Shown here: positions 56,367 to 64,000 of the stretch, piece by piece
Layout: each line of letters starts with the position of its first letter
Position numbering within the stretch: position 1 is the first letter of the stretch
Assembly (NCBI GenBank): GCA_016219865.1
Contig: JACRKF010000033.1
Coordinates: 1,960-65,959, forward strand
Origin: Candidatus Woesearchaeota archaeon
Lineage (GTDB): Archaea; Nanobdellota; Nanobdellia; Woesearchaeales; DSVV01
Direction: 5' to 3'
Length of the DNA stretch: 64,000 nt
Program-made: the position numbers and the translations under genes
Notes under the pieces: model-generated
What the model was told of the DNA's origin: nothing
The model's database searches: none
Seen by the model: the letters and a program-made list of their open reading frames with translations, nothing else

Positions 56367-56396
56367 AAAATATCTCCTCACTTAAATATACAATAA

Positions 56397-56810
56397 TTAA
56401 ATCATCCGCGCTAATAAATCTTTTATTTCGTCTTTTCTATCTCCTAATGCTCCTGAATTAGCATAAGGCACTTTTACACCTTTTCTTCCATATCCCTTTA
56501 ATGGAGGGTGTAATCGAAAGAATTTTTTTATTCCGCCTTTCTTTACATCTTTTTCTGCTCGTTTTTCAACAAGCTGCAAATATAATGCATGATTAATTGT
56601 GCCAAAAGTAATGTAATCTTTTGCATTTTGCAGCATTCCTCGAATGCTAGGCGTATCTTTATAGATACTGCAATAATTTTTTTTATGAAGATTTAACATT
56701 TGTAATGTATCTTTAATATAAGCAGGTACTCTAACTAATCCGCGAATTCGCACTGCTGCAACTAATTGATCTTGTTCAGTAAATTTATTGTTCTGCTTCT
56801 GCGCCATTTT
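56397..56810 (-). CDS. rpl30: 50S ribosomal protein uL30
   Basis: VAAVRIRGLVRVPAYIKDTLQMLNL. Start probably MAQKQ; overlaps the 3' end of rps5. Confidence 0.8.
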   Translation of the reverse strand, partial: KMAQKQNNKFTEQDQLVAAVRIRGLVRVPAYIKDTLQMLNLHKKNYCSIYKDTPSIRGMLQNAKDYITFGTINHALYLQLVEKRAEKDVKKGGIKKFFRLHPPLKGYGRKGVKVPYANSGALGDRKDEIKDLLARMI

Positions 56811-57693
56811 GTACACTTCCCTCTGCAATTGCTAAACTTTCATAATCAACAGGTGATATTTTTGTAGTTGATAACTTTCGCAATGCATCAAAGCATGCTA
56901 GAATCATATTCATTTTTGTTGATCTATGCCCTAATGATTTTGCCCAAATATTCTTAATTCCCGCTAATTTTAATACTTTCTGACATTCTTTTTCTACGCA
57001 TAATCCTGTGCCTTTTGGCGCTGGCATTAATTTTAATATAACTGATCCGCATTTTCCAGTAACTGCAAAAGGAATTGAATGCGCTTCTTTGCTTTTATCC
57101 TGCCAGCTTCCATTTCCTCTTTTTATTTTGATTATATTTAATTTTGCTTCTCTGATTGCTTTTTCTCTTGCAGGAACAGTTTCTTTTGCTTTTCCGTACC
57201 CTAATCCAATAAATCCATCTTTATTTCCAACAATTGCAAAAGTAGAGAATTTTGGTTTATTTCCTTCTTTTGTTTTCTTTTGTGTTTGACGAAACACTCT
57301 TCTCTGACCGCCGCCAAATTTACCTTTTGCTTGGCCAATCATTAACAAATCTGTTTCGAGATTTTTAAGTAGAAAATCAACTATTTCTGGTTCCATTATG
57401 CGGATTCCAGAATTTAATATTTCATCAATTGCAGTAATTTCTCCATTCTTGACTTTCTTGCCAAGGTCTGTCTTAGGCTTCCATGCTGAAGCATCAAATT
57501 CAGTCTTAGTTTTTCCTTTTTCAACAGCTTCCTCAACTTTCTTGACAGCTTCTTCAGTTAACGCTTCAATTTCTGCAGTTTCAGGATGTGCAACAATAGG
57601 TTCTTCTATTGCAACATCTTTGATAATATCTTTCATTGTTTCTTCTTCTGCTGTTTTTTGTTCAGGTTGCTGTTCTTCTTGTTTTTGTTTCAT
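56785..57693 (-). CDS. rps5: 30S ribosomal protein uS5 with a ~70-aa acidic N-terminal extension
   Basis: GGGQRRVFRQTQ...FAIVGNKDGFIGLGYGKAKE core. N-terminus Glu/Lys-rich. Confidence 0.85.
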   Translation of the reverse strand: MKQKQEEQQPEQKTAEEETMKDIIKDVAIEEPIVAHPETAEIEALTEEAVKKVEEAVEKGKTKTEFDASAWKPKTDLGKKVKNGEITAIDEILNSGIRIMEPEIVDFLLKNLETDLLMIGQAKGKFGGGQRRVFRQTQKKTKEGNKPKFSTFAIVGNKDGFIGLGYGKAKETVPAREKAIREAKLNIIKIKRGNGSWQDKSKEAHSIPFAVTGKCGSVILKLMPAPKGTGLCVEKECQKVLKLAGIKNIWAKSLGHRSTKMNMILACFDALRKLSTTKISPVDYESLAIAEGSVQNGAEAEQ

Positions 57694-57700
57694 AGTATGA

Positions 57701-58261
57701 TCATCCCAGTATCTTTTTCTTCACTTCAGCAAATATTGTGGAAATCGTTCCAGCATTTAATTGCTGTTGTTTATACGCATGAAATTGTTGTTCATTTTTA
57801 TTCTGAGCAAAATAAGTTGCAATATGTTTTCCTTGGATTCTGTCATCGCTTGGCAAGATTTCTTTGCTTACTGGCACAGATAATCCAGCATCTAATAATC
57901 CTTTTACTACTGCATAAATCTTGCTTCCTTTTATTGAAGTATGCAATCCAATATCAGCAATTGCATGTGTTATTCCTTGTTCTTTTGCTTTTTTTCCAAG
58001 AGATAATCCCGCAAGATAACATGCAGGTAAATTATTTTTTTTAAATTTCCACCCATATTGTTCTAATACACAGCTATTTACAGTTGCAAGTATTGCATCT
58101 CCTTTTTCATTAAACTTTGCTAATTGCACAACTACATTATTAGTTGATAAACGAATAATTATTCTAGGTGTTTTGCCCAATAATAGCTTTAATCGCTTAT
58201 GATAATTAGTTCTTCCTTCTCTTCTTCTTCTTTTCTGCACAACTCGTATTTGTTTTGTCAT
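57701..58261 (-). CDS. rpl18: 50S ribosomal protein uL18
   Basis: RRRREGRTNYHKRLKLL archaeal L18/eukaryotic L5 signature. Confidence 0.85.
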   Translation of the reverse strand: MTKQIRVVQKRRRREGRTNYHKRLKLLLGKTPRIIIRLSTNNVVVQLAKFNEKGDAILATVNSCVLEQYGWKFKKNNLPACYLAGLSLGKKAKEQGITHAIADIGLHTSIKGSKIYAVVKGLLDAGLSVPVSKEILPSDDRIQGKHIATYFAQNKNEQQFHAYKQQQLNAGTISTIFAEVKKKILG

Positions 58262-58280
58262 AGTCCATCAGTTCTTTAAA

Positions 58281-58754
58281 TTAGTTAGTTACATTCTGTT
58301 TTACATGTGGTTCCATTAATTTATGTTCATTAACATATAATTTAATGTGTTTTAAACTTCTGAAAAAACCGCCTTTTGCTTTCATGTATAACATATGGTA
58401 GTTTGTTGTTGTAATATATTTTTTATCACGCAATGTTTTCAGATAAGCGCGTAATAATCTTACTCTATGTTTCCATTCAAGTTTTTGTGGATTACGGGCA
58501 TTTTTACTTCCTTTTCTGCTGCCAAACCCTTTTTGCAAACCTTTTCTTCTTTGCAAATGTCTTTTTTTAGCTCTTCCTCTTGAAACTCCTTGAATATTTT
58601 CTTTCCATATTGCATAATCTTTAGCGAGTGAGATGATATCTTTCTTAGTGATTGCTTCTTTAATTTCATCTAATCTTTCTGCATCAAATCTTACTCTATA
58701 AGGTGAACAATTCAATACTTTTCCTGCAAGCATTTTTTTCTTTCGTAAATCCAT
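58281..58754 (-). CDS. rpl19e: 50S ribosomal protein eL19
   Basis: AGKVLNCSPYRVRFD...RRKGL archaeal/eukaryote-specific L19e. Confidence 0.85.
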   Translation of the reverse strand: MDLRKKKMLAGKVLNCSPYRVRFDAERLDEIKEAITKKDIISLAKDYAIWKENIQGVSRGRAKKRHLQRRKGLQKGFGSRKGSKNARNPQKLEWKHRVRLLRAYLKTLRDKKYITTTNYHMLYMKAKGGFFRSLKHIKLYVNEHKLMEPHVKQNVTN

Positions 58755-58764
58755 TGTATGTGCC

Positions 58765-59376
58765 TCATTGCTGTGGTTGTATTAACAATTTTTCTGCTTC
58801 TTTGTTTTCAGCTTCTTTCTTCTCTTCTGCGCTTAATTCTTGCTCTTTTTGAGCTGATTTTTCATCTGCTATCTTTTCAATGCCTTTTTTTTCAGCTTTC
58901 TTTTCTTCTTCTTTCTTTTTTTCTTCTTTCTGCTGAACAATTTGTTTTTTCTTGCTAAGACGATCAATAAATTCTTGTTGCAATTTATTTTTATGAGCTT
59001 CTGCATCTTTAACAAACAACACGCGTAATCCTTTTTTTACTGCTTCTGCCAATATTAACATGCGCTTTTTATTTCCAACAGCGCCAGCAATGATTATAGC
59101 ATCCTTAGTCTTATCCAAATTTGCTAAAGCAGCAGGTGTTGAAACATTATGCATTGCATATCCTTCTCTGCTGAGCCCGCTCACAGCTGCAGGGGACTTG
59201 AATCCTGGTGATACTTTTTTAGCATTGCCCTTTTTATTGATACGAAGCTTGCTATGTAATCCTCTAGGGCTTCTCCAAGTATCTGGTAACCTTTTTCGTT
59301 TATATGCATCTTGCCTTATAAACGCTGGTTTTTTTCTCTTCATTTTATTTCTTTGTTCTAATAATGATTTATCCAT
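58765..59376 (-). CDS. rpl32e: 50S ribosomal protein eL32 with a Lys/Glu-rich C-terminal tail
   Basis: MDKSLLEQRNKMKRKKPAFIRQDAYKRKRL. Start placed at the ATG with AGGTG at -11 (track start 59406). Confidence 0.8.
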   Translation of the reverse strand: MDKSLLEQRNKMKRKKPAFIRQDAYKRKRLPDTWRSPRGLHSKLRINKKGNAKKVSPGFKSPAAVSGLSREGYAMHNVSTPAALANLDKTKDAIIIAGAVGNKKRMLILAEAVKKGLRVLFVKDAEAHKNKLQQEFIDRLSKKKQIVQQKEEKKKEEEKKAEKKGIEKIADEKSAQKEQELSAEEKKEAENKEAEKLLIQPQQ

Positions 59377-59433
59377 AATTATAACACCTTTATGATATTT
59401 ATGCATTTTATATGCGCATTTTATGCAGTTTAT

Positions 59434-59979
59434 TTATTGAGGTTTCTCGGTAATATAAATACCTTGTTGAAACACACGTTTATCAAATCCTGTTCTGCTT
59501 GCTAATCTTTCAACTGCTGCAGCAGTCATTCCTACTGCTTCAATATCATTACCTTCCACAGTAATAACTTCACCATCAATTTTAACACTAACTCCTTTAG
59601 TTAAAGATAATATTCGCGGCTTTTTCTCACCAATAAAATTCTTTACAATTACTTGATTATTAGTTACTGCGACATTCATTGGAAAGTGACCTGAACAAAT
59701 TTTTAATTTATAAACGTAATTTTTTTGCGCGCCTTCTATCATATTTTTAAGATGTGACTTAAAAGTGCCTAACATCATTTTCTCAGCTTTTGCCATAACA
59801 AGCACTGAAAAGTTAACAACAGATTTATCAACAGATATATTGATTCTTTTGCTTGATAATTTCCTCTGCAATTCTCCATTCTTTCCTTTTACAATAAGAG
59901 TTCCATCATGATATGTAACAGTTATTCCTTCTGGAACTTCCAATTGTTCTGTATATGCTTTAAGTTTCATGTTGTTCAC
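59434..59979 (-). CDS. rpl6: 50S ribosomal protein uL6
   Basis: PEGITVTYHDGTLIVKGKNGEL two-domain L6. Confidence 0.85.
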   Translation of the reverse strand: MNNMKLKAYTEQLEVPEGITVTYHDGTLIVKGKNGELQRKLSSKRINISVDKSVVNFSVLVMAKAEKMMLGTFKSHLKNMIEGAQKNYVYKLKICSGHFPMNVAVTNNQVIVKNFIGEKKPRILSLTKGVSVKIDGEVITVEGNDIEAVGMTAAAVERLASRTGFDKRVFQQGIYITEKPQ

Positions 59980-60010
59980 GATTTATTAAATCTATAACTA
60001 AAATAATTTT

Positions 60011-60038
60011 GCAGAGCAAAATTATTTTAATAACAATA
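60011..60038. repeat. Variant palindrome AAATAATTTTGC-AGA-GCAAAATTATTT (copy e), between rpl6 and rps8
   Basis: Shares the core TTTTGC-N3-GCAAAA with AATTAT arms in place of GAGAAT. Confidence 0.6.
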
Positions 60039-60431
60039 TGCCACAAGCCTTCCGCCTGTGCGTTGTTCTTTTGCAGTTTCATGCACAACTAATCCTCGCG
60101 GTGTTGAAACTAATAATATTCCGAAATTTCTTGCTGGAAGAAATCTCTTCTCAAATTTCTCATAATTATCAACTTTCACTGAAAATCGTGGTTTAATAAC
60201 ATTGCATTTATTGATTCTGCCATTTAGTTTGATTGTTAAAAGATTTCCTTTATTGTCAACTGTTTCTTGATAATCTTCAATATATCCTTTTTCTTTCAAA
60301 AGACGAAGATTCTCTTTCATAAAAGCTGACGCAGGTCTTATAATGCATTCTTTTTTTCCAATCTTTTCGCTATTTAAGATATTGGAATACATGTTTGCTA
60401 ACGGATCATTGAATGTCATAGTTTCCACCAT
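60027..60431 (-). CDS. rps8: 30S ribosomal protein uS8
   Basis: DPLANMYSNILNSEKIGKKECIIRPAS. Confidence 0.85.
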   Translation of the reverse strand: MVETMTFNDPLANMYSNILNSEKIGKKECIIRPASAFMKENLRLLKEKGYIEDYQETVDNKGNLLTIKLNGRINKCNVIKPRFSVKVDNYEKFEKRFLPARNFGILLVSTPRGLVVHETAKEQRTGGRLVAYCY

Positions 60432-60440
60432 ATAATATTT

Positions 60441-60671
60441 TTAACTATATTTTTTAAAACCTATTTTTGTTGCGACTTCTCGAAAACAATGTCTGCAATA
60501 GTGCAGATTATATTTGCTGATATGTGCTCCATGCTGCCCGCATCTTCTGCATTTTCTCAATGAAAGCCCTGTTGTTCTCTTCTTAGGTGAGTTGTGCTTC
60601 AGATATTTCTTTAGTTTTACAGGCTTAGTTCGAAGCTGTTTCAATGGTTTTCGATAATCGCTATATGTCAT
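60441..60671 (-). CDS. rps14: 30S ribosomal protein uS14 (zinc-binding type)
   Basis: CRRCGQHGAHISKYNLHYCRHCF. Start set at MTYSD, preceded by GAGGATTAGGGGG (track start 60707). Confidence 0.8.
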   Translation of the reverse strand: MTYSDYRKPLKQLRTKPVKLKKYLKHNSPKKRTTGLSLRKCRRCGQHGAHISKYNLHYCRHCFREVATKIGFKKYS

Positions 60672-60681
60672 AAATATCCCC

Positions 60682-61194
60682 CTAATCCTCTTCAACTGAA
60701 ATTCCATATTTTGCTTTCATGAATTCAATTGATTCTTGTGGTTTAATTACATGTTTAAGTGAAACTTTGCGTTGTAATAATCTTCTTTTCTTTACTCTAT
60801 ATCCAGGACGTTCTAATGTTGCGCAAACCTGCAATCCCATTAAACCTAATTCCGGCAGGTACTTAACTAATGGAATTTCAATATATTCATGAACACCAAA
60901 AGATACATTGCCTTGATGATCAAAATGATTATTGCTTAGTTTATTATTTTTTGCTTTTAACATTCTGCCAAGCAATTCTTCAGCAGCTGCTCCTCTTAGA
61001 GTCAACTTGCATCCGATTGGCAATCCTGGCCTTAACCCCCATGTGGGAATTCTTTTATTAGTAAATGTTTTAATAGGATCTACTCCAGTGATATGCTTAA
61101 TTAATTTGAGTCCTTTTTCTAATACTGCTTGATCTTTTCCTGCTCCGACATTAAGCGTTATTTTCTCGATCTTTATATTTTTCATAACATTCAT
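60682..61194 (-). CDS. rpl5: 50S ribosomal protein uL5
   Basis: IEKITLNVGAGKDQ...GLPIGCKLTLRG. Confidence 0.85.
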   Translation of the reverse strand: MNVMKNIKIEKITLNVGAGKDQAVLEKGLKLIKHITGVDPIKTFTNKRIPTWGLRPGLPIGCKLTLRGAAAEELLGRMLKAKNNKLSNNHFDHQGNVSFGVHEYIEIPLVKYLPELGLMGLQVCATLERPGYRVKKRRLLQRKVSLKHVIKPQESIEFMKAKYGISVEED

Positions 61195-61208
61195 TGTGAT
61201 TACCTTTT

Positions 61209-61919
61209 TTATTTATGCGCTGTAACAACTGGTTGTTTTTTTCCAACCAACAATGCATAACTTTTTAATGTCTGGATTTTTTTATTTTCTGGTGTAACCA
61301 ATACAAGTGTATTATCAGCGATTGATTCTATTGCGCCATATGCTCCTATATTTCTTCCATCGATGATACAAACATAATTTCCAACATCACATTTGAAAAC
61401 ATCTGATATTTTTTTATCAACATAATTGTAAACAACAGTGTCGCCTGCACAAATTGTTTTGTTAATATCATCTTTTTGTTGTAATAATGCGCAAGTGCCA
61501 TCTAATAATGTAATTTGTAATTTTCCTTTAGCTATCATATTTTTTGCAACAACCATAAGTGGTTTTATTGCTTTTTCAGTTTCAGGAATTTCTACTGCAG
61601 TTAAAACACCATCATTTGCTAAAACAACACGATAATATTTTTTTAGTGCTTCTATTCCTACAACATCAAATAATCCTACACCATACTTTAATTCATCTAC
61701 GCGTTTATTATCAACTGTAACTTTTTGAGTATGAAGTATTTCTCTTACTTCTGCTGAAGTTCTGCCTACTTTCATAACATCACGAAGTAAAAGTAATAAT
61801 GGCAATGACAATGCTTGTTTATGCCCTGAAGGAAATGGACATACAATATACTTTCCGTCATTTCTTTTCAGATTCCATGTTACTGGTGCTGTTAATCTTT
61901 TAATGTGTCTTTTAACCAT
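61209..61919 (-). CDS. rps4e: 30S ribosomal protein eS4
   Basis: MVKRHIKRLTAPVTWNLKRNDGKYIV is archaeal/eukaryote-specific S4e. Confidence 0.85.
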   Translation of the reverse strand: MVKRHIKRLTAPVTWNLKRNDGKYIVCPFPSGHKQALSLPLLLLLRDVMKVGRTSAEVREILHTQKVTVDNKRVDELKYGVGLFDVVGIEALKKYYRVVLANDGVLTAVEIPETEKAIKPLMVVAKNMIAKGKLQITLLDGTCALLQQKDDINKTICAGDTVVYNYVDKKISDVFKCDVGNYVCIIDGRNIGAYGAIESIADNTLVLVTPENKKIQTLKSYALLVGKKQPVVTAHK

Positions 61920-61937
61920 AATATTCCCCTGTGCTTT

Positions 61938-62384
61938 CTAAGCTTCTTTTACTTGTTTTTCATCTTTTCTTGATTCATTTTTATTTTCATTCTTGTTTTC
62001 TTTTCTTAATGATTGTAAATATGCTGCTCTTTGCTTATCATCTGTATACAATGATATGATCTGCACTTTTGAAGCATCAAAAGGATAATATGATTTTGTG
62101 CCATCTTTTCTTGTTCTGTCAGTTTTTTCTACAGTAACAAAACTATTTTTTACATTGACAGTTAAAATTTTGCCAACTGCGCCTTTATAATTTCCACGCA
62201 TAATTTTAACTTTATCTCCTGTTCTTACACGTAAGTTTCTAATTCCGTATTCTTTTCGCAGCTCTTTTGAAAGATGCGAATGTAAAAATTTGCCAAGGAT
62301 ATGAAGTGGAGCATTATATCTATACTTTCTTTGTTTTCGCACTTGTGTGCTTGATTTCCAAAGCGCTGAAAATTTTTGTTTCAT
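61938..62384 (-). CDS. rpl24: 50S ribosomal protein uL24 with a Lys/Glu/Asn-rich C-terminal tail
   Basis: KOW motif VRTGDKVKIMRGNYKGAVGKI. Confidence 0.85.
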   Translation of the reverse strand: MKQKFSALWKSSTQVRKQRKYRYNAPLHILGKFLHSHLSKELRKEYGIRNLRVRTGDKVKIMRGNYKGAVGKILTVNVKNSFVTVEKTDRTRKDGTKSYYPFDASKVQIISLYTDDKQRAAYLQSLRKENKNENKNESRKDEKQVKEA

Positions 62385-62405
62385 AAATAATTACCTCTAA
62401 AAAAA

Positions 62406-62807
62406 TCAAACAATAATACTTGCTAACTTAGCTACACTTGGCCATCTTTCACATGCTTCTTTTGCAATTGGCCCTTTTAACATTGTTCCTTGAGGATTAC
62501 CCTTGTCATCCTTCAATACAACAGCAGCATTATCTTCAAATTTAACTCTCATGCCATCTGGCCTTCTAAATTCTTTTCTTTGCCTTACAATAACTGCAAA
62601 TACAACTTTCTTTCTCATATCAGGCTTTCCTTTTTTTACAGCAGCCATTACTAAATCTCCAATACCAGCTGTAGGATATCTTCCTTTGACAGTTTTTTGT
62701 CCAAAAACACTGACTATTTTTACAATTTTTGCGCCGCTGTTATCACAAGTATCGACATAACTGCCGTGCTGCAATGACTTTGGTATTTTTGATTTTAATG
62801 CTAACAT
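62406..62807 (-). CDS. rpl14: 50S ribosomal protein uL14
   Basis: YVDTCDNSGAKIVKIVSV. Confidence 0.88.
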   Translation of the reverse strand: MLALKSKIPKSLQHGSYVDTCDNSGAKIVKIVSVFGQKTVKGRYPTAGIGDLVMAAVKKGKPDMRKKVVFAVIVRQRKEFRRPDGMRVKFEDNAAVVLKDDKGNPQGTMLKGPIAKEACERWPSVAKLASIIV

Positions 62808-62828
62808 TATTGCACCTTTTGTTAATTA

Positions 62829-63170
62829 TTATTTATTTAATACTTCGATTATAACGAAGTTTTTTGTTTTGCTTAATTTTCTTGTTTCCATTATCTTGAC
62901 TTTATCATTTTCTTTAACACCTAAACATAATGGATTATGCGACATGATGCGAGTGTATCTTCTTTCATAACGCTCATACTTTGGAATTAATACTCTTCTT
63001 TCAAATGATACAAGAGCATTTTTTTGTAATCTTATTCGCACAACAGTGCCTACAAATGTTCTTCCATGTAGTTTTAATTCTCCATGAAACGGACATTTCT
63101 TGTCATTCTGACATTGTTGTGAAGGCATTTTTACTGCAATACCAACATTTTTTTCTTTTGCATTATTCAT
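62829..63170 (-). CDS. rps17: 30S ribosomal protein uS17
   Basis: CPFHGELKLHGRTFVGTVV...LCLGVKENDKVKIMETRKLSKTKNFVI. Confidence 0.85.
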   Translation of the reverse strand: MNNAKEKNVGIAVKMPSQQCQNDKKCPFHGELKLHGRTFVGTVVRIRLQKNALVSFERRVLIPKYERYERRYTRIMSHNPLCLGVKENDKVKIMETRKLSKTKNFVIIEVLNK

Positions 63171-63243
63171 TGTGATTTCACCAAACTCATTTCAAGTTGA
63201 TTTTTGATAATTTATATCTTTGTTTTTTTATATTTTTTATAAC

Positions 63244-63537
63244 TTATATTTTAATCTTGATCCGATCCTCGCTTCTTTTTGCAAGCAATAATCCATCAAC
63301 TTTTATTTTTTTGCTGCCAAAATTCGCAACAAAATAAACATCTTTTTTGATTATTTTTTTATATCTGCCAACTTTTCTTTGATAATCTTTTTTATCATCT
63401 TCTTTTAAAGCAAATGTATTTTTTGTTTCATCGACAATAACGCCTTGTGATAATTGTTTATCATTTTTCTTGGAAAATACAGCAACTTTCTTGCCGATAT
63501 ATTCTCCAGCAACTATCTGTTTTTTAAGTGTTACCAT
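63244..63537 (-). CDS. rnp1: RNase P protein component 1 (Rpp29/Pop4, Sm-like)
   Basis: GVIVDETKNTFALKEDDKK...VDGLLLAKRSEDRIKIK. Canonical archaeal position between SUI1/rpl29 and rps17. Confidence 0.65.
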   Translation of the reverse strand: MVTLKKQIVAGEYIGKKVAVFSKKNDKQLSQGVIVDETKNTFALKEDDKKDYQRKVGRYKKIIKKDVYFVANFGSKKIKVDGLLLAKRSEDRIKIKI

Positions 63538-63554
63538 TTCTGATCAAGTTTTCT

Positions 63555-63863
63555 TTACTTAACTTCTATTTTCTCAGGCGGAAACCCCAGCATTACCAAA
63601 GCTTCTCTCATATTTGATTTATGATCGCCTTGTAATTCAACTTTGCCGTCTTTAAATGTTCCGCCGCAGGCAAATTTTGATTTAAGCTTTTTTGTAATTT
63701 CTTTGATATCGATTTGTTTAATATCAATACCCTTGATTACTGTATAATATTTATTGAATTTCTTTTTTTCAATCATTACAATTATTTTCTGTGATTCTTT
63801 TGCAATACTTTCACAGACGCATAATTCTTTAGGTAATCCGCATATTGAGCAGATTTCACTCAT
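63555..63863 (-). CDS. Translation initiation factor SUI1/aIF1
   Basis: FACGGTFKDGKVELQGDHKSNMREALVMLGFPPEKIEV. Confidence 0.8.
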   Translation of the reverse strand: MSEICSICGLPKELCVCESIAKESQKIIVMIEKKKFNKYYTVIKGIDIKQIDIKEITKKLKSKFACGGTFKDGKVELQGDHKSNMREALVMLGFPPEKIEVK

Positions 63864-64000
63864 TCTTTGTACCTTCCTTTTTAGTGTTTAATTCATTTTT
63901 TCTTTGATGCAGTAAAGTAAGTATCCTTGCAATTGCTTTTTTAGTTTGCCCTATTTTAGCGCGATTTTTAACTTGAGATCCTTTTGCTGCTTCAGTTTTA
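63856..64000 (-). CDS. rpl29: 50S ribosomal protein uL29, 3' part only (continues beyond the window end)
   Basis: Minus-strand translation gives ...KTEAAKGSQVKNRAKIGQTKKAIARILTLLHQRKNEL...*, the L29 C-terminal IARILT motif. Its stop overlaps the SUI1 start (ATGAGTGA). Confidence 0.6.
   Translation of the reverse strand, partial: KTEAAKGSQVKNRAKIGQTKKAIARILTLLHQRKNELNTKKEGTKNE

Noticed and set aside
57008-58044. Plus-strand ORFs (57008..57289, 57398..57700, 57586..58044) antisense to rps5/rpl18
   Set aside because: Antisense to universally conserved ribosomal protein genes. Ser/Phe/Cys-rich low-complexity translations.

Overview
AT-rich (roughly one-third GC) archaeal chromosomal segment, most likely from a DPANN-type archaeon. 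The archaeal assignment rests on the rpl29–SUI1–rnp1–rps17–rpl14–rpl24–rps4e–rpl5–rps14–rps8–rpl6–rpl32e–rpl19e–rpl18–rps5–rpl30–rpl15–secY block on the minus strand at 54.4–64 kb. The 5' end holds a complete pyrimidine operon (carB, pyrB, pyrI, pyrD, a pyrC–pyrE fusion, pyrF, then a translationally coupled DsrE-like mini gene). The central ~30 kb is accessory and is the most interesting part. It holds (i) a giant secreted subtilisin (S8) with a sequon-dense stalk; (ii) a co-directional island encoding an HTH protein, four small membrane proteins, a multidomain protein with a MepA-like (peptidase M74) murein endopeptidase domain, a Cys-rich doubly anchored protein and a 1159-aa protein with a lytic-transglycosylase-like domain; (iii) a second island (32.8–38.5 kb, minus strand) of eight consecutive genes encoding pilin-like and Cys-rich surface proteins; (iv) three toxin–antitoxin pairs plus a Nudix hydrolase, a LemA/GIDE-like pair and an MsrB gene relic; and (v) a protein-glycosylation cluster (epimerase, GT2, GT4, GT-C, Gfo/Idh/MocA, GT2). 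About twelve proteins across both islands share an N-terminal K-K-A-[D/E/N/S] + TM motif that looks like a lineage-specific class III (prepilin-like) signal peptide. Three families of non-coding elements recur: an 11-bp-arm perfect palindrome GAGAATTTTGC-N3-GCAAAATTCTC (5–6 copies); a 14-nt element TGAACG[A/G]AGTGAAT sitting inside variable inverted-repeat flanks just upstream of start codons (7 copies, one in front of the TrmB regulator gene itself); and a 31-nt element CTGAGTGA-N7-GAACTCG-N5/6-ACTA (2 copies). No tRNA, rRNA, CRISPR array or transposase was recognised. All calls are from reading the sequence and translations only; no database search was run.
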